A DNA stretch of 43,766 nucleotides from Blastocystis sp. subtype 4. Taxonomy: Eukaryota. The notes under the pieces were generated by a model, which did not search any database, was not told the DNA's origin, and saw nothing but the letters and a program-made list of their open reading frames with translations. A program made the translations under genes and the position numbers. Shown piece after piece: positions 22,764 to 33,800 of this stretch (the stretch's first letter is position 1; every line of letters starts with the position of its first letter). The stretch spans positions 1-43,766 of the forward strand of contig NW_014569489.1 of the NCBI RefSeq assembly GCF_000743755.1. Direction: 5' to 3'.

Positions 22764-22801
22764 GAAACAATAACCCATTCTGTTGAAACAATAACCCATT
22801 C
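22760..22801. repeat. Perfect 21-bp tandem duplication
   Basis: TGTTGAAACAATAACCCATTC x2 between convergent genes. Confidence 0.95.
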
Positions 22802-22832
22802 TTGTCTCACAATTCAATATTACTGCAGAACA

Positions 22833-24357
22833 TTATTCCTTATTGATAGTCTCCACTTCATTAGTCACAGTGTCAACTTCAGTAGTCGCAGTCTCGACTT
22901 CATTCGTCAGAGGCTCGACTTTATTAGTCACAGTGTCAACTCCAGTAGCAGCAGTCTTGACTCCGCTAACAATGTTGACTTCATAGCTCACACTACATGA
23001 TAACCAGTTACTCTTGGAGTTGTCGAAAACCAAACGGACCTTTCCATCATTTTCACATTTCCATTCTCCTCGAATCAAAGAGGATTTAGAGGGAACACGG
23101 CAAAGAGGCACAAGAGACTTCATCAAACCATCCACAGAGATAAACAAGGCTTGAAATTCGATATCTTTGTCAAGAGAATTGAAACACCATGTTATCAAGT
23201 CACCCTTTGAAACATACACATCAACCTATGCATCAGTACTTCACATGATCCAAACATTTTCACTTCCATGATTGGAGAGAGAAATAATATCAGTTAACGC
23301 AGCAGGCTCCTAATAATGGATTGTCTTCAATTATCCTACATCGACAGCAGCTCGGCCTAATACACATCCACCTTCGCATTCACATAGTCCTCCATATATT
23401 TTCGGAAGATTTTCGGGCAAGAAATAGCTGAGCAGTTTGGAACTATTGTTCATGGGATTATTTCATTGTACAAAGTAGAAATACGTTTCAGCTTTTGCTT
23501 CTGGAGATCAGTCATCCATGGTTTGATGACTACAAGTTACCGAATCAATGAACATGTACTATTCCAGAAGTAGTTGAAAAGAGGAGGGAAATTGACAATA
23601 TACACAACATCACTTGATTCTGGATAGTAATAAGTGTGAATCAGAATCATCTCTTTGAAAATGCTCATAGCACCGAGATTCATATGACGACTTAAGGAGA
23701 GACCCTTAAGGTCAATGATTGTGGCATTACCAATATAATCCACTCCCATCTTTTCACTGGCCTCTTGGATTATTTCAACGTCATCGTACACCTACCACGA
23801 CATAGCTTTTCCATATACTCGTTGTAGTAGATGTGTGCAGTGAGAATTTCTTGAGCTGTGTAATGCTAGAATAGATTTCAAAGAACAGAGATACTTTCAT
23901 AATATGGCGCAGATCCAGATGGCCAACGTTGAAAATGGTGCAAGGCTAAAGATAAGTCAATCGACACACTCATACTCTCCCCCAACGATCTACTTTGTGC
24001 GTTCGATAGAGAAGTCGTCTTGAAATGGTATCATGGTTCTATCAAAACAAGAAGTATCCATCAGTACCTTCTTGATAACAGGATCATTCAAAATGTTATC
24101 GATATTATTATCACTTCTCCAAGTAAGAAGTTTCTTGATTCGATTCACTATACATCACAAAAGTAGAGAATCCACATACACGTATTTTCCTCGCAGAATT
24201 TCGAAGTGTAAAGATATCGATAAATGAGTTGGTCTGGGAGAGAACACTCAACTCCTACACTTCACCCATGTATCAAACCACAACCGTGCTCCTGCATGTA
24301 CATCTTGAACCTTTCCAGATTCGGCTTTCTATCTTTAGGAATACAAAAGTTCTGCAT
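22833..24357 (-). CDS. Sec14/CRAL-TRIO lipid-binding protein with C-terminal GOLD domain
   Basis: DQLIYRYL...LLTWRSDNNID, HKVDRWGRP, IIDLKGLS, YYPE..VYIVNFP, LPKIYGG, and GOLD-like ITWCFNSLDKDIEF...GKVRLVFDNSKS. About 10 short introns. Confidence 0.88.
22845..22975 (-). repeat. Coding heptad (21-nt) repeat at the Sec14-GOLD C-terminus
   Basis: TAATGVD-TVTNKVE-PLTNEVE-TATTEVD-TVTNEVE-TINKE. TTAGTCACAGTGTCAACT recurs at 63-nt spacing. Confidence 0.8.
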
Positions 24358-24394
24358 GTATAGAGTAAAATGATAGGTCTAACTTACTTTTTTA

Positions 24395-25223
24395 ATGGCC
24401 GTTAATTATTTGGAACTGTTCTTTAACCTCAATTCTTGTCTCATATGTAGCTATCGAGAATTACCTAAAGTAACTCTATTCTATTTGTTGATAACGTTCT
24501 TGGTTGCTACAGCAACTGAAAGTATGTTATTTCTTGGCTGACATCATAGTCTAGTTAATAAGCAATGGATCCGTCACTTTGCTATCCATCGTTCTCTTCT
24601 CCTCTCTTCTATGGGAGTCATGCCTTTTATTTACTATAATCGTGTAGATTAAGCGAGCTGCTTTATCCACTTTCTTTACAGGAAGAGTGTCGATTGGATT
24701 CTTGATGTCCAGTATTTTTGATGCCAAATGTATGTGGGGCCTGGAAAAGAATACATTTAAACGACACTATGCTGACTTCATTTGGATGCTTCTCTTAGGA
24801 TATGTTGGTACTTTGATTGGTTGTCTCTGCGTTCCATCTTATGTATATATTGGGATCTCTATGAAGTTTATGGTCTTATACTACTGGACTCGTCGAAATC
24901 CCTTCTTCCGAGTGAGTTTGTATATGATTCCACTGAAATCAACCTTTCTTCCCTTTGCACTCCTTATTGTCGAGTTTTTCATGTCGGCAGAGTATGTGAA
25001 GGATCATTCGTTTTAACAATAGAATACCATGGAGCGGTATTATTGGAGTTTTGTTGGGTCATACCTACTATTTCTGCAGAGATATCATTCCTGTAGTGTA
25101 TCAGAAGCGAAGAAGGCCAATACCACGACTTACATGTGCTCCACGTTTTTTGTAATGGACTTTTGATAGAATTTAAGGTATAGGAGACATTTATGTGAAG
25201 AAGAGCATGCACATCAAGATTAA
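24395..25223 (+). CDS. DER1: Derlin (Der1-like ERAD membrane protein)
   Basis: YRELPKVT, LEKNTF...ADFIWML, YYWTRRNP, FLPFAL and GVLLGHTYYF motifs. Five short introns. Confidence 0.85.
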
Positions 25224-25604
25224 TATTTCATTCAAGATGGGGGATTTTGTGTTTCTGTACCTTATCATATGTCTCTTAGTGATTGTTTTGTTGTTAGTAC
25301 CTTCCAATGATTGGTTTCGAAGTCTCCATACTTATCTATATAATAACATGCATAAATCAAATGAGTGAGTAATTTTGATCTTATTTCGAATAGATAGAAA
25401 GAAGAAGGTTGATTAAGCTATGGAAAATGTCCGAAGCCTATGGTTTTGAAATGAACTTGTACTATTCAATAATATCCAGTTTTCTGGATGTGAAGGATGG
25501 GATTGGTTGTTGTTGGTTTGCATAGTGTTTATTTTTAATTTGTGTATCAATTCTATGATGATCCGTATTCCTGGTCAAACTGAGAACCAGATTCTCTTTC
25601 ACGA

Positions 25605-26303
25605 ATGCCCACAGACACTTCTGGTTTCAACTTAGTCATCATTCTAATCCATAGGTGATACGATTGTGCAACAAGATGAAGAAGACCTGAAGATTACAGC
25701 TGCACAGAAGGAAAAGATGGAAAGGGATCATGATAAGATCCGAGATTATTATAAGGTATCAAAATCAAAAGTTCATGATATGCAGGGCATTTTAAAAGAT
25801 TGGGCAGCTGATTTGGCGGCACGACCATTGGAAGTTAAAAAATCAGTTGATGGAAGGGCTGCTACAAAAGCATGTCAACAAGCTGCTGATACATTGAAGG
25901 GCTTCTTTAAACTCTGTTCGAAGAGGGTAGAATACGCTGTGACTGTGGTAATATAGAAAGTTCCGTATGATATCCGAAGTAATCTGTTAAAGATTGCAGA
26001 TCAGATGGATCAAGGAGAGTTTAGTCAAGTAACTCCTGTCGAATTCTTGGTTAGGTGTAGGCTTTCAAAACATATCTATTAATTACAATTGGGGATGCTC
26101 CTTGGCCTCTTGGCGTGACAGCAACCGGAATTTACGAACGATCAAGCCGAGAACGTATTCAACAAGAGAATTGTGGACGTGATAGCTAGTAAAGAGAATC
26201 AATTGTAGATGTGATGCACAATGACACAGTACGACAATACCTCACAATGATAAAGCGTTTGATGACATATAAAGAAAGTAAGATGAAGAAGAGTACTTCG
26301 TGA
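25605..26303 (+). CDS. PRP18: Pre-mRNA splicing factor Prp18
   Basis: YLLITIGDAPWPLGVTATGIYERSSRERI...HVMHNDTVRQYLTMIKRLMT matches the Prp18 core. Four 30-32-nt introns. Confidence 0.9.
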
Positions 26304-26306
26304 CTT

Positions 26307-26314
26307 TGTTTGTT
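26307..26314 (+). terminator. TGTTTGTT polyadenylation element of PRP18
   Basis: TG|ACTT-TGTTTGTT. Cleavage 4 nt upstream of the motif leaves TG, completed to TGA. Confidence 0.8.
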
Positions 26315-26527
26315 GGGTTCATAACAATATCTATTTTCGGATCTGCAAAAAGTGTTGTTGCCGCTTTTCTCCAAGATTATTAACTGTGTAGTCTCTTTGA
26401 AATTGGTATGTACTTTGTTTGTCCTGTTGCTTGAATTGACTTTATGGAATCTTAAATCTTCATTCTTTCCTTTCCATTCGACAAGCTTCGTGGTTTTGAT
26501 CTAACAATTTCATAGTCTGGTTGTACA

Positions 26528-29500
26528 ATGGATCAAAACAGCTTCATAGAGTATGAGAATCTGTGTAACGAGGTATTCGGTAATCTTGGATCTGGGAACA
26601 CTGCTCAGGCCCGGGAAGCACTCGAAAGAATTTCATTGAGTCAGGATTTTGTTCAAAAGGCTGAGTAAGTTGTTTTGAGATTTACTGAGGGTAAGAGTGA
26701 TTTTCTCGAATTCAAAGAACATGTATGCGCTAATGAATGCTGGAACATCTCTAACAAAAGTGATAACTGATTATTGGACAAGCTATTCGAATGATCAGAA
26801 GTTACAGATTCGTATGTCTTCGATTAGATACTGATACCTAGGTGATTTTGTTTTGGAATATCTAATCAAACATGGATCAGAATTACCTACATATTTGGTA
26901 ACATGCTTGTCTGCGTTAATTTGTCGAATCACCTCTCTTTCGTGGATGACAGATCAGCGACAACGTAATATTCTGAACCAGATGCTTGAATATACCCAAT
27001 CCCGAGAACATTGTATTCTAGCTCTTCAGGTTCTGGAAGAATTAGTGAATCAAATCAATCCTAATAGTAGAATCATTGTAGCTATTATTATATGTAGAAA
27101 GGAGTAAAGTGAATGAGAACAAAACAGCCATTCAGTTTCGAGATAGTAATTTGATGAATATTATTGGTCTAGCCTTCAACATGCTTTCAGATACATTCCA
27201 AGCCGATGATTCTACTGTTGGATCGCCTGAACTCCGTATCAAACTCTTTCAGTACTCTTTGCAGCTCCTTCTCCGTTGTTTTGCCTTCGATTGCAAGTTA
27301 TCGAACACAGAATCATCGTCTGAGAATCTTCCTGTAATGCTTCTTCCAGAGGACTGGTTGACTACCATTATCACCACGAATCATATCTCCCTTCTCTTCT
27401 CCATGTACTTTCATGATGAGGTTTTGACATAGATATGAACGGAGTGAGAATCCTGTATCCACCTTGGTGTTAGAATGTGTGTTGTGGATGCTTTGCTCTC
27501 CCTACATGGAATATTATGGGTATAACAGTGATGGTTCTGGATATGGTGCCATCTTAAGTGGATTGATTACGATTCTGAATGGAGGACATGGACTGAATGA
27601 TCCTGAAACTGTTCATGTGTTGTGTCAAATTCTCAATCGTCTTATTGTAGGTATTCGAATATTTTTTCATTTTTAGTCACTTTCCACAATTCGACGCTTT
27701 TTTGATCAATATCTTCGTCAGCTGTTGATGTTAACCTATTCGTTCTCCCAAACTCTTCTTGATCAGTATTTAAATTATACTAACACACTTCCTTATCTTC
27801 TTCGGTATTGGGTATATGTATCCGAGCTGTTTGTTCGTCTGGGTCCTGCAATGTACCCGGAACTAGCATCACTTCCAATGAAGGTGGTCGAGTTATACAT
27901 CCAGGTCCATCTGAACTCATGTAGCATGCTTGTGAATGATCGTGATGATGATCCATTGAATGCAACAGAGGGATGGTCGAACGAACTGGATTCGATAGGA
28001 AGGATCATTCGTGTTAATTTAGACGAAGGAGTGAAATTGGTAAATCAGCTCTGGGATAATGTGAATAAGGACTATTCTGTAAGGATGAGGAGTTGATAAG
28101 AACTAGAATGATTCTCGCATGGTAACAACAATGAAGCTATCTGGGAATGTGGACTCTCAACTAATGTATCAAGTCACACTGAATGAATGTATGAATGGAA
28201 GAAGAGTATTAGAATAGGCAAATTGGCATGGTTGATCCATATTATGGCTCATATTCTGATATTCCAGAAATTCACTACAAATCAGATGGAAAATGGTGAA
28301 GAGATTCTAGATGCTGATTACAGTAAACGTGTGTTCACTCTGTCTCATAGCATTGCTTATCGCATGACAAATGTGTGAACTAGTGAATGTAGTGATGTGT
28401 AGAATCAATCACAGAAGGTAGACGCTCGGCTAGAGTTGGCCCTCTTGGACTTCTTCCATTCCTTCCGTGATACGTAGGTTCTTGTATCATCATTTAGTGT
28501 AGATTCAGTTCATTGACAAGTGTTACTGTAAATGAAGGCTTGAGCGGAATATGTACGATTTCTGGAATCAAACAAACTGTGAGGAATTTGTTGTTTGAAT
28601 CATATCTAGGCCTACAATCATTACTTTGATCGTCTAGCCATTGGAAACTATACTTCCGTGATGAATGCCATTGTGGAGAAGATTTGCAACAACTTACGTT
28701 TTTGGAGTGAAGATTTGGGTGTGGTAGCGACCAGTCTCCAGCTCTTCTTGGAGATGAGCAAAGGTTATCAGGGTTGTAAGATGCTTCTTCAGCTCGAATC
28801 CGTCGATTTTATGTTGCAGAATCATACAGTAATTCTTCATCTTGATAATCATAATTAGGAAACTACTTTCCGTTTCTTATTATCACAAGATATGTTATCC
28901 TTCCGTCCTCGTTACTATTCAGCTCTGACGAGATTGATTCTGATGGATAATGTACCAGGCCGACTAGAATTGTTTTTGATGCCATTCTCAGGCACATTGC
29001 AACGTCTACAGACGATGGATATGACGACTCCTCAAGCGATGGTAGGAGAAAGATGAGAATCTTAGGTAGATTGATTGTATCAAGTTTTTTAAAGATTTGC
29101 GAGGAGTATTATTGTCGTGCAACGACAAACGTAGTTATAATGTGGTTTATGAGACATTGTAAGGGGTGTTGAATAATGATTCTGGGTAGGGGCAAGAATG
29201 TATTACAAATGATTGAGAAAACGATCTCAATCTATAGCATGAATGATATGTTACTAGCTACAATGTTGAAGTGTCTGTTGGCCTTTGTGTAGGTTTGTGT
29301 AATGCTGATGATGATAGAGATAATCGTGAGCCTCGTGTTGATAATGGAAGTACTTCCACGAATGGAATAACCCTCTTCAAAGCGACATCTTCGATTCTCT
29401 GTAAGATTATCCAGCAAATCCTTTATAACTGTCCAAATCTCGTTTGAATTTAAGTGTGGTATTACTGTTAGAACAATTGTTCGGAGGCAACCTATCGGAG

Positions 29501-30299
29501 TATTCGTTTGGTTCTCCAGGTAATGAATACAAGTCTGAGTAGGCATGGAGTGTCTCTCTGAGTCATAGCTGGGAAGTATGTTCCTTTTGGTGTCTTCCAG
29601 TTGTATCAAGATGATTGTCTGCTTACCTCTCTGGAAGCTTGTATGACTCTTGTTCTCACGATTCCTCAAGAACAAGTAGAAGTGGGATTCTATGGTGTTG
29701 TTCATCTGTAGAAGCGTCAGAAGCTTGAAAAGGCCATCTATACTTTCATTGATATTCTGTTTACGAATCATATGGAAACTCTCACCAAGATGGCGATTGA
29801 GGGGTTCATTTCGGTAATTCGGTTTGTGATCGCTGGAATTGATTCTTATGGTATATGTGAACAGAATGAGTGAGTAATAGATCCAGAAACTGTAGCGAGA
29901 TGTGCAGATTGCATCGACTGCTTGGCGACCTATTACTATCTGAATCGATCCCGCTCTATTCCTACAATGGGTCGATTGAATGCAATTGTACAAGCAAACA
30001 ATACATTATGGAATGACTTGTTCGAGAAGATTTTGAACTCTCTTCTATTCAACAAGCAATCTGGAGATGTGCTGTCGAGGCCTATTCATTCTATTTATCT
30101 TGTGGATCCAAATGTAGCTGAACACTACTATGCTGTGGTTGCTTCGACGCAGACCCCTGAAGTCATCGTAAAACTGAAAGAATCGATGATCAAATTGACA
30201 TCCAACATGGACCGCACATTAGAACCGGTGATTCGCGATCAATTCTGCCAGAAGTGCCGGACATTTAGAGACGAAGTTCTACAATACTTGGTTCTTTAA
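26528..30299 (+). CDS. XPO7: Exportin-7 / RanBP16-like karyopherin
   Basis: GKLAWLIHIM, RLELALLDFF, KICNNLRFW, RPRYYSALTRL, DLRG, GKYVPFGVFQLY and LSRPI motifs. About 17 GT-AG introns traced into one frame. Confidence 0.88.
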
Positions 30300-30357
30300 C
30301 ATTTCACTTTCTGTTAGTTTATGAAGAAACAACGAATCGTGTAAAAGAAACATTTGT

Positions 30358-30713
30358 TTATGCTGCCAATCGCTTTCTACCCTTCATTCTCCGATTTGCC
30401 AGGACTCGACGACCACTGCCTAGGGATGATTCCAAATCAAAACCAATGACTTGTTTCCAGTCGATGACGAAATCCATGTTTCCTCTGTCTCCGAATATTA
30501 CTTGGCTGGTAGGTTCTTTTGATAAAAGAAAAGGGATCCATCACTATTCCAAAAGAACAATAAACTAGCAATTACGTGTTGCGGTTGTTGGATTTGACCA
30601 TAGAGATAATAAACAACAAGCAGATCCACAAAAAAGGGTGAATGCGGGTCTAAACAACTGGAACCCTAAATGTAAAGCCGATGGAATGTTTAATTACTTC
30701 CAAAGAAAGCCAT
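30358..30713 (-). CDS. MRPL34: Organellar (MRO) ribosomal protein bL34 with N-terminal presequence, 86 aa
   Basis: Exons 30713-30698, 30665-30576, 30543-30451 and 30419-30358 give [14 protein letters not shown]...[43 protein letters not shown]. Absent from the ORF track. Confidence 0.93.
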
Positions 30714-30855
30714 AGAAGCAATATACAAATAAAGGGAGAACGAGAAAACGGGAATTAGTGATTCAAGGCCGATCTGAGAATGAATCATTCCCGTAATTCA
30801 TTTTGAATATCGTTTTCTCAGCCAATACTGTGGCGTCCGTCCTTGCTTACTCAAA

Positions 30856-33800
30856 ATGGATTTAGGTGAGTGCGATATAACCTATCATGAAAGTGAACTG
30901 GATGGATGGGTCCCTTTTCGTAGGATTTCAAAGGATTCGACTGAACTATAGAGGAATATAAAGAAGAAGATATCCCTTCTTCAATGGCAGGCTTGCTTAA
31001 GGTAAATGGAGAAGAGGTTCCCATTTTCTGTGTTACCAGTTATTCAATTACAGATAAGAATGGTAACAGAATCAATTGAAATTGAGATTCAGGTCATTAT
31101 GTTTCATTAACGGATATCTCAAATCCTCGCGAAACTCTCCCTGGCGACTACCAATTAAATGGATTTGTAATTTGTCCGTTTCCACATAAGGTCAAAGCTA
31201 CAGTGAATCCCTTGTTTCGTAATGAAGACAAATCCTCCAAGTTTAGTCAATCCTCTCTGGCTGTTTCATCACGGAAGAATACTGTTTTTATGTCGATGGA
31301 AGAGAGAATTGCGGTAGAAGTTAGCCTGGTCGGTAAGATGTAGGAGCATAACAGAGCTAATGCTTTCTTGAATACGGTGAAATTTCCATTAACGGTGGCT
31401 TCGATTACAGTAGAGGCATTGGGTATGGTTATTGTCCATCCTCGTTATTATTCCACTTCAACTATTTACCCCGTTGGATTTCGTAGTGAGCGACAGTATT
31501 ACAGTATCGTGAACATATATGAGAAAATGACCTATGTTTCAGAGATCATTGATGGAGGAGACAATGGACCTATTTTCCGAGTGACAAGCGAAGGTGAAGA
31601 GGGCGAATCTTTCGAAGCTTCAAGTCCAACTGGCGCTTGGAAGAAGGTCCTTCATCGAATCAATCAACTTCGTGAAAGCGACGAAACATTCCCTGCAATC
31701 ACATCGATTTCAGGTCCTGAGATGTTTGGTCTGTCCAATGCCCAAGTGATCCACCTGATCGAAGGTCTTGATAATACTGAATATTGTGAGGGATATATCT
31801 TCCAGGCCTATCGTCCTAACAGACGTCCTATTGGGATCCCACAGGGAGATGCTATGACTGGATCCCAAAGTGAATCTGATTATGAGACAAAAGAGGAACC
31901 TCAACAAAAGAAGTCGAAGCGTAATGAAATGTCTGGCGGTGCTAAAAGGAAATCGCTGAAGATTGCCTTACTGGGTAATGCCACAGGTCTCCGAGTCCGT
32001 TGTAAGCATATTGAAGATGGTTATGTTGCTGAAGATAGTTTGATGTGAGGAAAAGGATGAGGAATCATGATTAGTGATGATCTTATTCCGGTTAGGAACA
32101 ATGGGAAATCATCACGAGAATCAGGTGGACGAAATGGTACAAAGAATGGCAAGAAGAAACAACGAGAGGATACAAAACGTCGAAGTCGTCGTAATGCTGT
32201 TATTCCTGAGGATGTACTGGCTACAATCGATATGTCAGGTACCTTGCGATGTGAGTTTGAGACGGTACAAAGTCATGATGGCTGTGTGAGTGTTCGTGTG
32301 AAGCATTCTTCATTGTGGGATCATGATGGAATACGATCTGTCCTTCAGCGTTTAATGTGTGATTTGATTAATGATCTGAATGATAGACCGATTATGCAAG
32401 CAGATTTAGAGGCTGGTTGCAACCAGCATCTTCTTCAGATTCTGTACAGTCTTCGTGTGGCGAAGATCTCTCAGGCAACTCTCGATTCTTCACATCTCCG
32501 CTCTATACTTGAAACTATCATCAGTGAAGGAAGTCGAGCTGTAGCTGACGAGGCTGCTATTGTGGTATCAAAGCTCTTTTCAGAGAACCGGAAGCGAAGT
32601 AATGATGACAGTGATATGGATGAAACACGTGGTAGACGGAAGCATGAGAATATGAATGCTACGATGATCAGTGATGATGCGTCAGTAGAATATCCACAAG
32701 GGGAACATATTGGAGAGAAGGTGAAGATTGCTGTGAAGATTCATCATTGGGGTATCAAGTATCACTCGAGTGAATGCTTCTTGTATGTGAGAGGTGTTCA
32801 AGCCGTGTTTATTATTCATTGTAACTCTCTAGCGACACTTCCTAAAAAGGATTACGTTCGGTATTTCAAGGGACCACGTCTTGCACTGGAATTATGTTCA
32901 CGTATATACGCAGTGACTCAAAGACTAGTGAACAAAAACGAGTTGATTTCTTACATTCCATTTTTAGATCTGATTTGGAGTGAAGGTCACACAAATGATG
33001 TAATCATTGTTGAAGAGGATTTAGTGGCAAATTATCCTCTCATTCAACGAGAAATGGATGCTTTGGATAAAATCCATGGTGCTGCTGCGAATATGAATCT
33101 TTTTGGAATGAACAATTTCATGGAGAATTTGGCGATACGCTATTCATTGTGGATGACCAAGAATGAGAATAAGGATTATTTATACGGCCTTCAAATGGAT
33201 TTGGAAGTGGCTGGATATCGTGCAGAACAACTGTGGGATGATAGTGATATTGCGAAGAAAGTGGAACGAAATGAGTTACCCAGGATAAGTATAGAACCTT
33301 GCCCAGAAGGTCAGGATGTTAGTGAACTGAAGGAAGATGATGTTAAGTAAGATTGAAGAGAGAGAATGATCGATAGACGATTATTCGAAGTATGGAACTT
33401 CGTTAGTCAGTACCGCGACTTATTGAATTTCCCCGTGAAAGAGAAACTTACTTTTGACAAATTTGTATTCTTCAACCAAGCTTCAGTTGGGCAACTTCAT
33501 GTGGATCGTGTACTAGATCCTGCAGCTCCTTCTCGTAGTAATCAACCAAACGTATTCCGTTATCTGATTGAGTTCCTCACTACAGAGGAATCGAAACGAG
33601 TTCCAACCATGCGTAGATTGCTTCGAGAACCAAATTGGCGTGATAATATTTACAATGTGATTTACCGTGCATCATATGTGGATGACTGCAATTTTGAGAG
33701 TTATATCCGCGGTTATTATGATCGTTCAGCATATAAAATTCGTTTGTTATTTCAATGAGAAGTGAATGATAGATGACTCCATGTCTGATTGGGAGAAGAT

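Noticed and set aside
25555..25583. C-box/D-box pair ATGATGA...CTGA
   Set aside because: Only 18 nt separate the boxes and no rRNA-complementary guide was recognised; too short for a C/D snoRNA.
29232..29993. 253-aa minus-strand ORF
   Set aside because: Antisense to well-supported exportin-7 exons; no family motifs.
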